DNA of 64,000 nt from Antedon mediterranea (GCF_964355755.1 NC_092672.1:7192001-7256000), one strand, 5' to 3'. Positions 26,313 to 39,400 are shown, counted from the stretch's first letter. The notes: a model not told the origin generated them from the sequence alone. Made by a program: numbers and translations.

Positions 26313-28092
26313 TTAAATTGATTACAGTATAATTATGATTGGACCATAGAGTAATTCCTTCACGATTCGGCAACAATTACCTCAATAGATGTCTTAAGGC
26401 ACAACAAGTCAAACTTCTGCATCAACTGCAACAAACCTTCAAACTGTTCAAGAAGATCGTGCCACAGGTGTCTAAGTAGCTTCTCTTCAAGAATTCCTTC
26501 TTCATCGAGTCTTGCCCATGAATTTGCAAATCTTGCCCACTTTAACAGACAAATTTATATAATGTATAATGTTTAGCAAAGTATGAGTAAAATAATAGTC
26601 TACAAATTTGGCTCACAGTAGACACTGACGCTCTCAATGAAGTTCGCGCAAGTTATTTGACCAATCACAAGATATAGTACTATAGAGCGTTCGATTTGCA
26701 ACTACCGGTGACCAAACTACGTTATTTTAATTAATTGTGCCCATTAGGAGATTATATCGCTCCCCACCTTGACACATATTTGGTGCTAACCCGTCGTGCT
26801 TGCGGTGCTGACTGGTCGTGGGCTACCGATATCTACATGTTTTATTATATACATGGTTTTGTTTTTAAAAAAAATGGAAAGCTAAATACTGGGAACCAAG
26901 AATTATTTTCATTTTTGTAGAAACAAAATTGCATACCTGTTCTGATGAATTCTTTACAGTGATGACTCTACTGAATATACAAATTAACCACTGTGAACTC
27001 AGAATGATAATATCGTTAAGAGCATTGTCTGGTGTTTCATATTCGCCATAGTAGATAATGTTTCCAAGATCATGATAGAAGTGGAGCATAGTAAACAATT
27101 GAATTCTGTTGACAATACCACATTTAGCCGCTAGGTCGTTTACCTTAAATATAAAGATGACATTGATAAAAGGAAAAAAGACTTATGTCTTTTCGAAGAA
27201 AATGTACGCCTGTATGTATGACAACATTTCAGGAGTTAGGTAACTTTCAAACTGGTTGTTCATTCTATTTAACAATGTTAACAAGTACATATCAACGTGG
27301 ACGAGAGTTGGACCTCAACAACTCGAACACGTTGGTCAACTAAAAAATAAAAATAATTCGGTTAACAATTCAAAATATTACTTGCTTCTTTGAAGTTAAT
27401 TGAGTGTTTTTCCTGGTGACGTAACTGTTCAATTTTATTCAAGAAATTCAGCCACTTTAAGGGAATTTTTTCACCCATGTAGCGTTCATTCTTGGCAACC
27501 TCTGTGATATGTTCCCTCAGCTCAATAATAGATTTGTCCAATGGCGATCTAAGACTGTTGTCAATGGCATAAAACTTGCTAACGACATGTCGTTCATATG
27601 GCGTCCCCTTTAATGATTTCTTAACATCTTTTAATTTTTCTTCAGCCTATAGAAATTAGGTAAAAACTTAACGTCATTTTACGTACTAAATAAGGACGAC
27701 AAACATCATGTCTTATAAAAAAGAAATGTACGTATATTATTTATTATATAATTCATTTTCAGAATATCACCCGGGCGGTTCAAAATTAATGTTATATTAT
27801 ATACTATTTAATGCAAAAACAAAATAAGAGAAACAACAGATTGATTACAAAGATGTATGTATTTATTCAAAATAAGTATGCAACACAAATATGAAATAAA
27901 GGTGAGTGAATCTCACAAAAGAGAGAAAAAAAAAACATGTCTTCAATCCATAATTGGTGCTAACATTTCAAACATTGGGCATACTTGGATGTTATTAACA
28001 GTCATGCGGTTTCATCGTCTTAAGATGACATTTTAATTATTAGAAAGCGTCACAAAATTGTAAAATGAAATCAAAAGCTAAGAACATAAACA

Positions 28093-28890
28093 TTTTTAGT
28101 CGCGTGGAAGCGACTCTATAGTTCACTATGTCGGTCGGTCGGTCTGTCTGTCTCTCGGTCTGTCTGTCGGTCTGTCTGTCTGTCTGTCGGTCCGGTATCA
28201 CTATGCGTTTTATCGCTTTCTGACCTTATCTTGATATCAGTTTAATCTAGCTAGGTCAATTTTTCACAGTATATTCCTTATGGCCAGGAATCAATGTGGT
28301 TATGTTTTCACGGTGCGCAATAAAAAATTACGCGGTCTACGCACGATTTAACGAAATCACGTTTGTAATCATATCTTCACAACCATGAATCACAATTAAA
28401 TAAAATTTGGTACTCATAAATTTCAGGGCATAAATCATCATATGGCAATACAATTACGTGCGTAGCGCATGTAACGCATGCGTACGCGCGCTTAACATTT
28501 TCAAAATTTATTTTCGATGAAATAAGAGTACATTTCAGGCAATTTTAAGCGTTTACAAAATTGCCATGAGTGCGCATATTGTTTGCGCGTTAAATGTTAT
28601 TTCGCACTCTTTTTGCCCGATTTCTGTTTTCTTGACTTACTTTTCAACTCGAAATTACGTTATACGAGCACGTCGAAAGTGACAGGCTACGCACGTGTAA
28701 ATTAAAAAAAAATAAATGTTTTTAAACATTTCAACATTTTTAAACATGTTCAGTAATTTCGGTCAGTATAGTTCACTATGTCGGTCGGTCGGTCTCTCTG
28801 TCTGTCTGTCTGTCGGTCTGTTTGTCTGTCTGTCGGTCCGGTATCACTATGCATTGTAGCACGCGACTTAATGGCTGTTGGCCTTGTTTT
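28093..28890 (+). mobile_element. Helentron-associated (HINE/DINE-1-like) non-autonomous element
   Basis: Starts ttttagtcgcgtg, has a (gtcg/gtct)n microsatellite core duplicated at 28118-28206 and 28768-28852, ends cacgcgact + small ggctgttggcc hairpin + ttgttt. Subterminal inverted repeats and T-rich flanks are typical of HINEs. Confidence 0.7.
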
Positions 28891-31000
28891 ACAAACAGCC
28901 GATGACATCATGACCAAACAAGCAGTCAGTTGATACATATTTCTGAGAGAGATCGAAACGTTCGAGTAAAGTACTCTGCGTTTTTTAAATTGCTCTTTCA
29001 AAAAGAAAATCTTTCATGTTGGTATGACGTAGATTTAATATTATTAGGTGGTAGGTTTTATTATTGGTATTAATTACTTACAAGAGCTTGTCTCTCTTCC
29101 TCATTTCCTGGTAAGCTATCTCTGTGTGTGCCAACGATAAATATGGGCGGTGATAGCTGCTGCTGATTCGACTGTATTGGATTTTCAGTTGTGTTTGAAT
29201 AGATTGAACGTGACCAGAAGGCCACAAAATCCGAGTTGTTCATATAATGGTCAGCAACAGAAATCTATAAATATACACTTTTATGTTATAAATATGAATG
29301 TAATACGGTATTATGTAAATGTAATAAGGTCAAACGTTATATCCTAACGAAATAACTATCTTTTACAAAACTCTCCTTTGAGTGGTTAATTTTATCGTTT
29401 TGATTTAGCTTCTTTCTGTTTTCTTTGGAATGTATAGTAAATTGTTATGTATCTCTGCGAACTTGTTTTATACTGTGCCACGGTGATTGGGTGAAAATAG
29501 TAAAAGTAAACTTAACTTGCTTACCATTTCACCATGTCTGTTAAATACTTCTACTTTAGCTGGTGCATCGAGATCGTGGCAAAGATTGAAACAAATGATG
29601 TAAACAGCACGAGAAACCAGGAACATCTGTAATACATGAAATAATTAATTTGTATTTTTAAAGGCAAAATAGTCGGAAAAACAGTTTCATTTTTTAGTTA
29701 TTGTTAGCAATCGAATTGTTAAATACCAGACTACAATCATAAAATGCTCATTTCGGTTATCGTGCTACCTGATGGGTAATATAATAGATATCTTGCCCAG
29801 CAAAATCCCAGATGTTGAGAGTCAAGTCATCAAGCTTTCCCTTAAATGTTGTGTTCTCTAGTTGTTTTTTATTTTCTTTAAGCCCTTTCAAGACAAGTTT
29901 AAAAACTTTTTCGGGCACATGCGGTTCCTCTTTTGAAGGTATCCTTCCTACTGGGTTCCTTTTGTTTTCATAGCCTATACAAAAAAAATATAACGAAAGG
30001 TTTTATATCTTTAGTTAAATCAATCTCAGGGATAGGCTAATCCAACCAATGGACAACAACTATATGATCAGTTAATTGAAAATAAATAGAAGTGATTCCA
30101 ATATTATTGATTACAGTATATTATGAAAGGTAATACCTTTATCTGCGGACAACGAGTCTGGTAATGGGTCGATTTTATCGTCTGCTCCCGAATGGTCGGA
30201 CTCTACATTAATGTTTTCTCTTCTTTCCTTTAAAGGAAACATTACGGTAATTGATTAATCAACATCAAAATGTGTGATTCCAACATAAAGTTATGAGCAA
30301 TTCACATCAATTACCGTTACCACACAATACCATACAAGCAACACACTATTACCTCTCGTAAAGTATGAAATTCTCTGGGAAAAAAACATATTTGTTAATG
30401 GTGTCTTTAGGGTTATAAGTCAGTCTCGCATATTGAGTCTTATCTAATGAAATGTATCGATGCACAGTATACCAATATGGTAAGTTTGTAAATGATAAGA
30501 TAATACTATTATTAAAGACTTTACATCAGTGACCGTATCCTTGCTCGCCTGGTTGTTTTGTTTATCCTCTTTCGTCTGCAGCAGCTTTGTCGTCATGTTT
30601 TCTGCAATTGCCTGCAAATATTCTTGTCTTGTTTGGCTTGGAGTTTCTATTAATAAGCGTAACCAAGTAAATATTACACAATGTTTATAAATTACATCTA
30701 GAATACTAATCGCCGTATGGAGTAAATGAAATAACTTTATATTATTTGTTTGTTTTTAACCATCAGGAGACCAAATTTCATGTTCGATATTGCTTTATAA
30801 AATTAATGATCTTATCTTCATTTTAGTATCACAATGCATTTTCTTCGATTTTAATTAAGAAGTATATAGTATATTACAGATTATATTCTAGAATTAAGAA
30901 TTTAGTCTTATATTACTCATTAGAAAAGATATAATATTTTGTATAAGGCTTACCATTGGTTTTATTTGGCTTCCAATTGGTGGTGTTTCTAACATTCACT

Positions 31001-31938
31001 TAGTCTGGGCTCCAGACGGAGTTTTTTCTTAATACTGTATTAGTAAAAATATAAATATTTTTGCACATATGGCGTTTCATACGTGTATTACTTGAGTTTG
31101 GATACTCCGTCTGGGGAAACACGCAAAAGTCACGTGGTTTGACACCAAGAATTCTTGGTGCATAGATTATCCGGTTGACTAGTTTCAGCTGCATGCGATT
31201 GGCTACTCACTCGTACACTGTTTTAATATTCATATTTCAGAATTTCAAAGACTCAACAACTAAGATGGTACGCATGCGCTATGTTACGTTTAGACAATGT
31301 GTACTTGTGAGTACATTGATGAAAGTTTCTGAAGGCTAGAAAGGATTTTATATGGATCATTTAATCAGGGAGATGTAATTTACATCTCCCTGATTTAATA
31401 TTACGCGGAGATAATTTGATTTAATTCCCACCCAGACCCTGTCCTGTTCTGTGTAGTGGTGTATAGCCCTGTCTGTTGTGTGTGAATCCTGTTGTGTGCC
31501 GGTGGTGGTATTATGTAGGCCTACCTTATTGGCGTTTTATTTGGCAGGTCATACGTGCGAGTTGAGTAGGACCTACGAAGGAGGCCTAGGCTAAGGACTA
31601 AACAATTAATAAACAAAACAACTTGGCAACACGATTTCATATTTTAACAGTCTCGATCCCCGTCTCGATCGTACATTCAGCACTGTACGCAGGCCTACTC
31701 GATCTTTTTCATTTTGAAACAAAATGATCATTGGTTGATTCGAAATCCATATTTACATACCGCCCGCCCCATATAGCCAAATACGGTATGATAACCTACG
31801 TCATTCTTATCGGATGTTTGCGGTCTGCAAATCGATTTCTATACGTGTTTCACAAGTCTGTATTTTCAGACAAAAATCGCGGTCGAAATAAAAACAAATA
31901 AATAAAAAAAAAAACATTACAGACTTGGGGCAAGTCTA
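31001..31938 (+). mobile_element. 938-bp non-autonomous DNA transposon inserted in a Roc exon of Roco B, 9-bp TSD acattcact
   Basis: TSD at 30992-31000 and 31939-31947; ends tagtctgggctccagac... and ...agacttggggcaagtcta. Removing the element plus one TSD restores CTVNVRNTTNWKPNKTN and the downstream GTAAG donor. Confidence 0.9.
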
Positions 31939-34900
31939 ACATTCACTGTACACGTTAATGATGCTTCAATTCCATCTGTCACTGCCTCAGTAACATCAAA
32001 TCTTAATAATGGTGTTTAAAAAAAAAAATTGAAAAATAACGGCGATTCTGTCATCAGTACATCAGGGAAATGACATGTAATGAATACATAGAAGCAAAGA
32101 TGGCACTATACAGCATTATACACTATAATGGATAGATAAAGCGTTACATTCATTTATTAAGTGAATGATGTTCTTGTGAAATAAAAGATTATTCTTTATG
32201 GACTAATATTATTCAAAGTTGCTTACTCTTGTTCTGTAAGCGCTTTCACTAGACTGGTTTTACCAACGCGCTCTTGTCCTACAAGCATTAAACGTGTTTG
32301 ACTTGCTACCCTCTCGTATGGCATCAAGAAAGGCAATGTTAGCCTCCGTACCTCTTACCAATACTTCAAGAGGGGCTTGGCCTGTTTAAAATAAATTTAC
32401 TTTATTATGTGTAGTCATCTTTCTTCTGTTTGTCTGTAATTTGATTTCATACACAAATAACATTACAGTGTAATATAATACATAAAATAACACAAAACAA
32501 TATCGTTTAGTTGAGTATTTTATACATGAAGTGGAGTAAAAATGTTGTGAGTCGAGCGTACATTTTAACTGGCGTGAAAATTCAGTTAACCAGTCAAGTT
32601 ATTTAGAAAGTTGGCAACTAAAACCAAACTAATTATTATAGGATACGTTCGATTTTGATTTGATTTTAACATTTCAGTTTTATTGAAATCGGTAAAATCT
32701 TCTTACTTTTCAAAAGTTGTAAGAGTTCTTCTTTCTGCTTGGCTCTATCTTCATATTTGCTACACGGATTCTGGATATACTTGTCCAATGGTGTCAAGCC
32801 TTCCTGAAAGGACAATCATGCACCGTAAATACTACGGACTTGTGCCTTCAACTGATTGTTAAAATGTTTTTTTTTGTAATTAATTGTAAAATGTTTTCTA
32901 TGTTTAAATACATTTGCAATTTTAGTATGTGTCATGAGGAGCGGTGACAACGACGGAATTATTTGAGTCTCTATGTCCCTCGACCAAATGATACTTACTT
33001 GTTTTTTTATTTTTATTCATTATGGTGTTTGTTGATTTTGGTCGAAATTAATGTTGAACGAAAATTGAATTAAATTATTGATATAATTAGAACAGACGTG
33101 TTATATCGAATAGGAACAATCTCTCAAGTTTGTTCGCAAGTTTATCAACACGCAGAACTTGTGAATTTTGTAATGATCAAAGAAACTGACAAACATGCCC
33201 ATATCGTCAGAGTCATGGTAGCCAAATATGTCTGCTTGTATTTACAGGTATTGCCCCCACATGTTATAAAAACTGTCCACTTGTAGAATTTTCTAAAATT
33301 AATAATAAAGAATCTTCACATTGTTATTATAGTAAACTGCTGCTCCACCATCTAGAAGTATTTTAGCAGTGTCGCGATGTCTTTCGAAAGATAAGTTAGA
33401 TCTCAACAACCAATGAAGTGGTGTACTTCCATCCTGCATAAAAGAAACAAACAAAATAGTGATCAAACACTGTGTATGATATAAAAGATATAACTATTGC
33501 TAAACTATAAATTATAACCAATCGGTTCAAAGTGAGTATATTCCAATGCAAAATACCGTGTCTGGTGAATTGATTCTCTTTGATGTTACATCCAACACAT
33601 ACGCTATCGCTTTAGAAAATCCCTGAACTGATAATGGATGTAGTATATTAGAAGACTGCAAGATACAATAATCTATATAATTAATCGTGAAATAAATACT
33701 GATAATCATGAATGATAACGATACTGCTATTGTTAACATTAATGATGATAATGATGTCATTATAGTAATATAGTATTGTCATTGTTTTAGTATTATGTCT
33801 ACCAAGGCAATCCAACAACAGGACACACTGAGCTCGCCTTGCAAAGATAGGAACTCGTAACAGTCCTTTGATCCGATGTCTTGCTGCGACATATACCAAC
33901 ATGCAGTAAGTAGCCTGTACATTATTACTAACCGCGGCGCGGGGTTTCTGATAAATGGGCGTGGTACTGATCATACTGATCGTGACGTGTCGCAGCCACA
34001 AATAAACCCCTTTGATCTCCGGAGCTCAGCATCCTGTTGTTATATTGTCTCGTGTCTACTACGAAAACGTACAAATTTGTATTCTACTTACCTGTCCCTC
34101 CTGGTCTAGTTCTTCGATATCTCTAGTTGTCGAGTGGTTCAACGCTTTCAACAAGAATTCCTCAGAGTGGCGGTGTGAGTACACAATGTGACGTAAAATA
34201 GTTACACCATTCTATATTAACCAATCGATAAGAATAAGTGTAAAAAAACAGTAAGGTATTAAACTTCATAATTAACATACATCAATCAAATTAATTAAGT
34301 CACTAAACGTACGTGTCTTTCATTAAGAATTCCCGGTTGCTCTAATATAACATCTTCAACATATTGCCAGTTTTTCAAGTTATCAAACACCTCTTCACTG
34401 CATGTTAAAACAAGAAATAAAAGATGTATGTAAGTTAATTTATGTGGTTCTAGTGGTAGCGGTAGGGCCATGAAAAAGTATTTTCAATTAAATGTTTTAT
34501 TCACAGACGTTCTGCGCGCGATCAGGGCAGGGATGTATTTTTATACCTCGCTGACCAGAGTACTAGACCCCAGGTAAATTGTGCCGTATATGATGGTCGT
34601 TAAAATAGGCAAATTCATTTTTGCTTATTTCAAAGGCATGATGGAATAGAATCAAAATTTACTTTCCTCATCCTTCAAACAATCATACTGGTACGCCAAC
34701 TAAAAACAACATTTAATACTCATGATATAATAGTGAGCTGCTGGAAACCTTACTATTTATATGGGCCTATGAATAATTTTACATTTTATCTGGCTCATAC
34801 ATGCCTCAAAATGCAGTTTCGACTTACAGTAGTAGGGCCCACTAATCAGAGGATTATACTGCTTGATGTGGGCTTATTATATCACTTTCTTCCCGTATTA

Positions 34901-36413
34901 TGGATATACGAATTGAAACTTACGCTGTGTATTTTGCAGAAGCCATTGTCGGTATACAAATCAATAGCTATACGGTGTCCGACACCAAAACTTAGAATAA
35001 GTATTCCTTCTTCGGTAGATCAATATTCATCAAAATCGTCTACCTGCTGTCTAGATAAGAGGACATCTTACAAATATTTGATCAAAAGAGCTTCGGTATT
35101 TTCTGTTAAGGTTTGTTTCGGTCGGACACGTTGATAAAACCTCATCGCAGCTGACTTACGCTCTGATTGGATAATGACGGTTTTTATTATCCGTGTTCTT
35201 TGATCCCAATTATTTGTTTATTGTGTGTGAATGTTCAAATAAGTGAATAAACATGACCACGTGATGTCACTATTACAGTATTTTAGCTTTGTTTGAAGTT
35301 TGATCGACGTACAATATTTAAAAAGGATGATCACAAATATGAACGAAACTGAAAATATCTTTGCTGATTACATAAACAATAAGAAAGTAATATTTTATTA
35401 ACAATTATTACAAGAGATACTGAATTAAACGTAGTAAGATGAAATCAATCTGTTCAAACACAAATAGGCCCAGCATCATTGTTTTATGCATGATGTTTAA
35501 TGGTTTCAATTGACAAAGAATTCAACGAAGAATTTAAAAGATGCGACAAAGAATTTAAGGGATGCAACAAAGAATTTAAAAGATGCAAATACTACAATTA
35601 TAAGTTGCCATATATTTTTTATTTCATAGAAAGTTCCTTCTCTTGTTTTAACATTTATAAACGGTATTCTGAGAGATATTTACATACTTTTTATAGGATA
35701 AACATACTATATAATGTTTCATATATCTTACATTCTGAACTACAGTAAAAGTCCAGTAAATTGCTAAATTGAAAACAACAATGAAATGTACTGTAACTAC
35801 AAAAATTATATCTACAAGTAAATAATGTTTTGTTTTTGTTTATAAAATTACCAATTAAAATTAAATACATATTAATTGCATAATATAGATTCACCAAAAA
35901 TAAAAATTATTTAATCAAACAATTCTTAATTTTATTTTGGAGTACCGTCTATATTAAAATGACATGTAACCATTTAAAGTTAGAGTTTAGAGTTTTACAT
36001 TAATGGTTATGCAGCAGCTCTGCTCAATTAACCATTCAACTATACTGTATACACACAGGTGATGAATCAATGTGAAATTGTATCAACCAGATGTTATACG
36101 AGTTGTGAAAGTGAAGCTGTTATGGCTGACGAAAGAAAACCAAAATGTCAACAGCTCACGCTACGGTACCATAAATGAATTGCTGTCCTACAAATATTTG
36201 CAAAGAAGAACGTACTCTCCAGTTATCTTCAACTGGCATCTGGTATTCCACAATGTGTAACTAACTCACTTTAAAAAAGAATCATACAATTCAAATGGCC
36301 TATTTGTCTACATATTACACAATACTTTAGTAATTCGTCTAATTCCCTGCAATACACACCAGTCTTCACTGGTTACCCAATGTATGCAACACTACCATCA
36401 AGTGTCAAACTCC

Positions 36414-39400
36414 TTATTCTGACTTAAGAGCGCCAATGAGACCATTGGCGGTGTTAAAGAGATTGATTGGACTGCTACCATCCGTGATCAAGGTGGACTT
36501 AAGACCTAGAGATTGCAGCAACTTCACCTGCATCTCTGGTCCTGATGTAGCAATGGCTTTGATGGTGTCTGCTCCAATGGTTGACACCATGCTGTGGAAT
36601 TTGGATGTCTCAATGTCAGCCATTTCTTTGGTCTTGCTAATCTCCATTTCGTTCTGCTGACCGACGTACTTGTTCTCTGCCTCTCTTGCAATTTTCAATC
36701 TATCAAGTTCAGATTCCTGCAGGAAAAAAGTTGAATCAGTCAACACAGTTTCAGATAAATATTATGATCTAATTTACTTGTTTATTAGGCAGTATTATAT
36801 TAAATCTATATTGTTTCTCAATTTCATACATACATCAGGCCTATTATTAACAAGAAATATCTGTATGTAGTTGATACAAAACAAAAGGTGTAAAGCTTTG
36901 ACTACACTATCAAACTTTATAGTTATAACTTACAGCTTCAATCTTTGCAGCCTCTGCCTTGAGCTTAGCCTGTTCTACAGCTGCCTCTCCTTCAATCCTA
37001 GCAGCTTCTGCACGGGACTGAGCCTCAGCTTTAGCCTGGCCTGTGCTTTCAACGGCTGCACTGTTGGCCTGAAGTTCCAACAGTTCCTTTCGGGCTTTCT
37101 CTGCTTCGGCTTCGTCCAAGATTTTTTGACGTTCCAGACGACCCTTTGCTTCTTGCTCAAGCCTTTCAGCTTCATGTCTGAATGAACAAATACATTATTC
37201 AAATTAATTCCGGACTAATGGAAGATTATTGAAATTACAAATTGTACTGCCAAATCAAAACAGAAATTTGCCACTTTTGCATGGAAAGAAATTTGGAAAT
37301 CAGATGGGCTTCTACAATAAATATCATTTTCTTTCCGAAAAATTAGCGACATGCCAGTATTATTCTGTTCTTGAGATGCAAAGTTGGCCAGTATTATTCT
37401 GTTCTTGAGATACAAAGTTGAAGTCAATTTGGTTTAATAAGTGTTCAAAGCAAAAAATGAAAGGGCCCTTGTTGAATAAATGAGACTTGGTAGGTCATAG
37501 AATCAATCAATAAACAAAACACTACTACATACCTAGCCGCAGCTTCCTGAGAGTTGGTTGTAATCTCAATTGCCAACTGAACAGACTTTTGCAAAGCATC
37601 TCTTGTGCGTTGGTCAACTGGTTCTACTGATTGGATATCAACGCTGGTAACAACAAGGTTGTTCTGAGGGAACAAGAATCTGTCTCGGACCTTCTGATTC
37701 TCACCAAATCCGAAAACAGACGCACGGATGATCTTCGCAGAATTCTAAGAAAGAAGAATTTATGATTTATTAATTTTAATCCTATAGTATAAACTAGAAC
37801 AATAAATATATTTGTTGGTATGTCAAAAATAAATTCAGGATACAATGAAAATTGATAATTGTTACTTTTTATTTGGTGAAATATAAGTGTTTGATTATTA
37901 TTATTATTTTCATTCTGGATATAACAGATTGAAACACTGAAATGTTTTGGTTACCTTATGAAAATCATCAAACTGTACTCCAGCAACTGCTCCTCTAATT
38001 CGGGAGGCGATAGCCTTGCATGCATCGCCAACAAAGTCAGGAACACTGAACAACTTGGCTGCATCCTTTTCGTCCTTCTTATCGTTTACTTCAAAATGCC
38101 TGATTTAAGAAAATCAGAAAAAAATTGTCAACATCTAGATAATTATCCATTGTTGTCTCAGAACAATTCAGAATAAGGATTGTAAGAGATCCAAAGCAAA
38201 AAAAAACTTCAACAAAATTGGAAATGACAGAGAAGAGTCAATCCTGAAAGGTACATCATTGCTAGAGGAGTTTTTTCTTCTTAAAGCTGTTATGGAAATC
38301 TTGCATGTTTCTAGCATCAAACATAATTCATTCATGTCATTAGGATTGTCAAAACAAATAAAAGCAAACAAAACAAACTGGTTGAATTGGCATTGAATGA
38401 AATTAAATGATGGACGATTGACTGACATATAGTGATAACGATTAATATATTGAAACCTACCAGTTGTATGACAACTGAAGCTGCAATCTAGCGTGGTCAG
38501 CAGTCTCAATGACGATGATATCAGTGCAAAAATCTGGGCCAAGCAAAAGGCACAAAGATTTGATGACATTTGGTCTTTTTGGCTTGCCTCCAGACAGACT
38601 TAATTGAGTAAATTGTTCATCAGGTCCAAGCATGACTAGCTCTGGTCCAAACACAACCCTAGTAGAAGAAAATCATAAGTCAGTTTTGCAGGTCAATTAT
38701 CTGAAGTATGTAATTGCTATAGGTTCAAATTCAAAGACATGGAATCATGCACTATTAATACACTACCCACTATGCTGGCTCTGTCATTTATGTAAAAAAA
38801 CCAATATAATATGTACAACTCTAATGGTCTGTGATAGAAAAAAAATTCGTTCTATATATTGGATTAATGAAAATAAAATCACAAATTTGTCGATAGACCT
38901 ACCTAGCTTTCTTTTCTTTGTAATCATAAATCTGCACTGATGCGTTATGTGGCACACGTAGGGTAACAACTTTAGTCTTCTCTCGTTCAGCAACGGCTGT
39001 TGCACCACGAACACCACGGTCGGCAAGTGGATCTTTCATACTCATTAGTAGGTTCTCAACAGCTGGTGGTAACTCCTTCGACCATAACTCCTCGTCTTGG
39101 TTCAACATATAGGTGACACCAGTAATTGCACGTACCTAAAACATGAATAAATATTCACAATTAGCAAAAATAAAATCCATGTACTTTTACCAACTTCTTT
39201 GGAAGATTGATTGAGATTAACCATCCTAAACAATAACATTTTATCAATTATGATTTCTGATATAATGTGTATTGCTTATGAAAAAAACAGTGGAAGCAAT
39301 GAGAACAATATTGGTACTTTACAGGACACTGTGATTGGTCACAATTAATGCATGTAAACCACACAACTACAGTTCTATCTGGCTTTGCAGAAATGCTTAC

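Larger units (their letters stand above)
21168..34946 (-). pseudogene. Roco-family protein B: ankyrin - Roc - COR - death domain paralog, disrupted in this sequence (frameshift plus exonic transposon)
   Basis: Exons approx 34924-34946, 34313-34397, 34092-34211, 33557-33655, 33320-33433, 32707-32803, 32227-32381, (31939-32001 + 30955-30991), 30525-30646, 30137-30227, 29769-29974, 29525-29626, 29081-29263, 27386-27646, 26937-27143, 26381-26539, 22333-22623, 22097-22165, 21615-21828, 21168-21523. Motifs GQERVGKTS, VTDGI, IWDFAGQ, IVGTH, IPLKWL, FYHDLGNIIYY and a death domain. The P-loop exon changes frame at ~32310, and the next exon is split by a transposon carrying an in-frame TAA. Confidence 0.8.

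Noticed and set aside
5420-34946. Calling these genes DAPK1 or LRRK2
   Set aside because: No kinase or LRR exons were found and the start codons lie immediately before the ankyrin region; gene symbols withheld.
34733-35134. 133-aa plus-strand ORF
   Set aside because: Antisense to the first exons of Roco B, with no domain similarity I can recognise.
35500-35748. ORF with KEFKRC repeats
   Set aside because: Arises from a short 21-bp tandem repeat antisense to the probable MVP 3' UTR.
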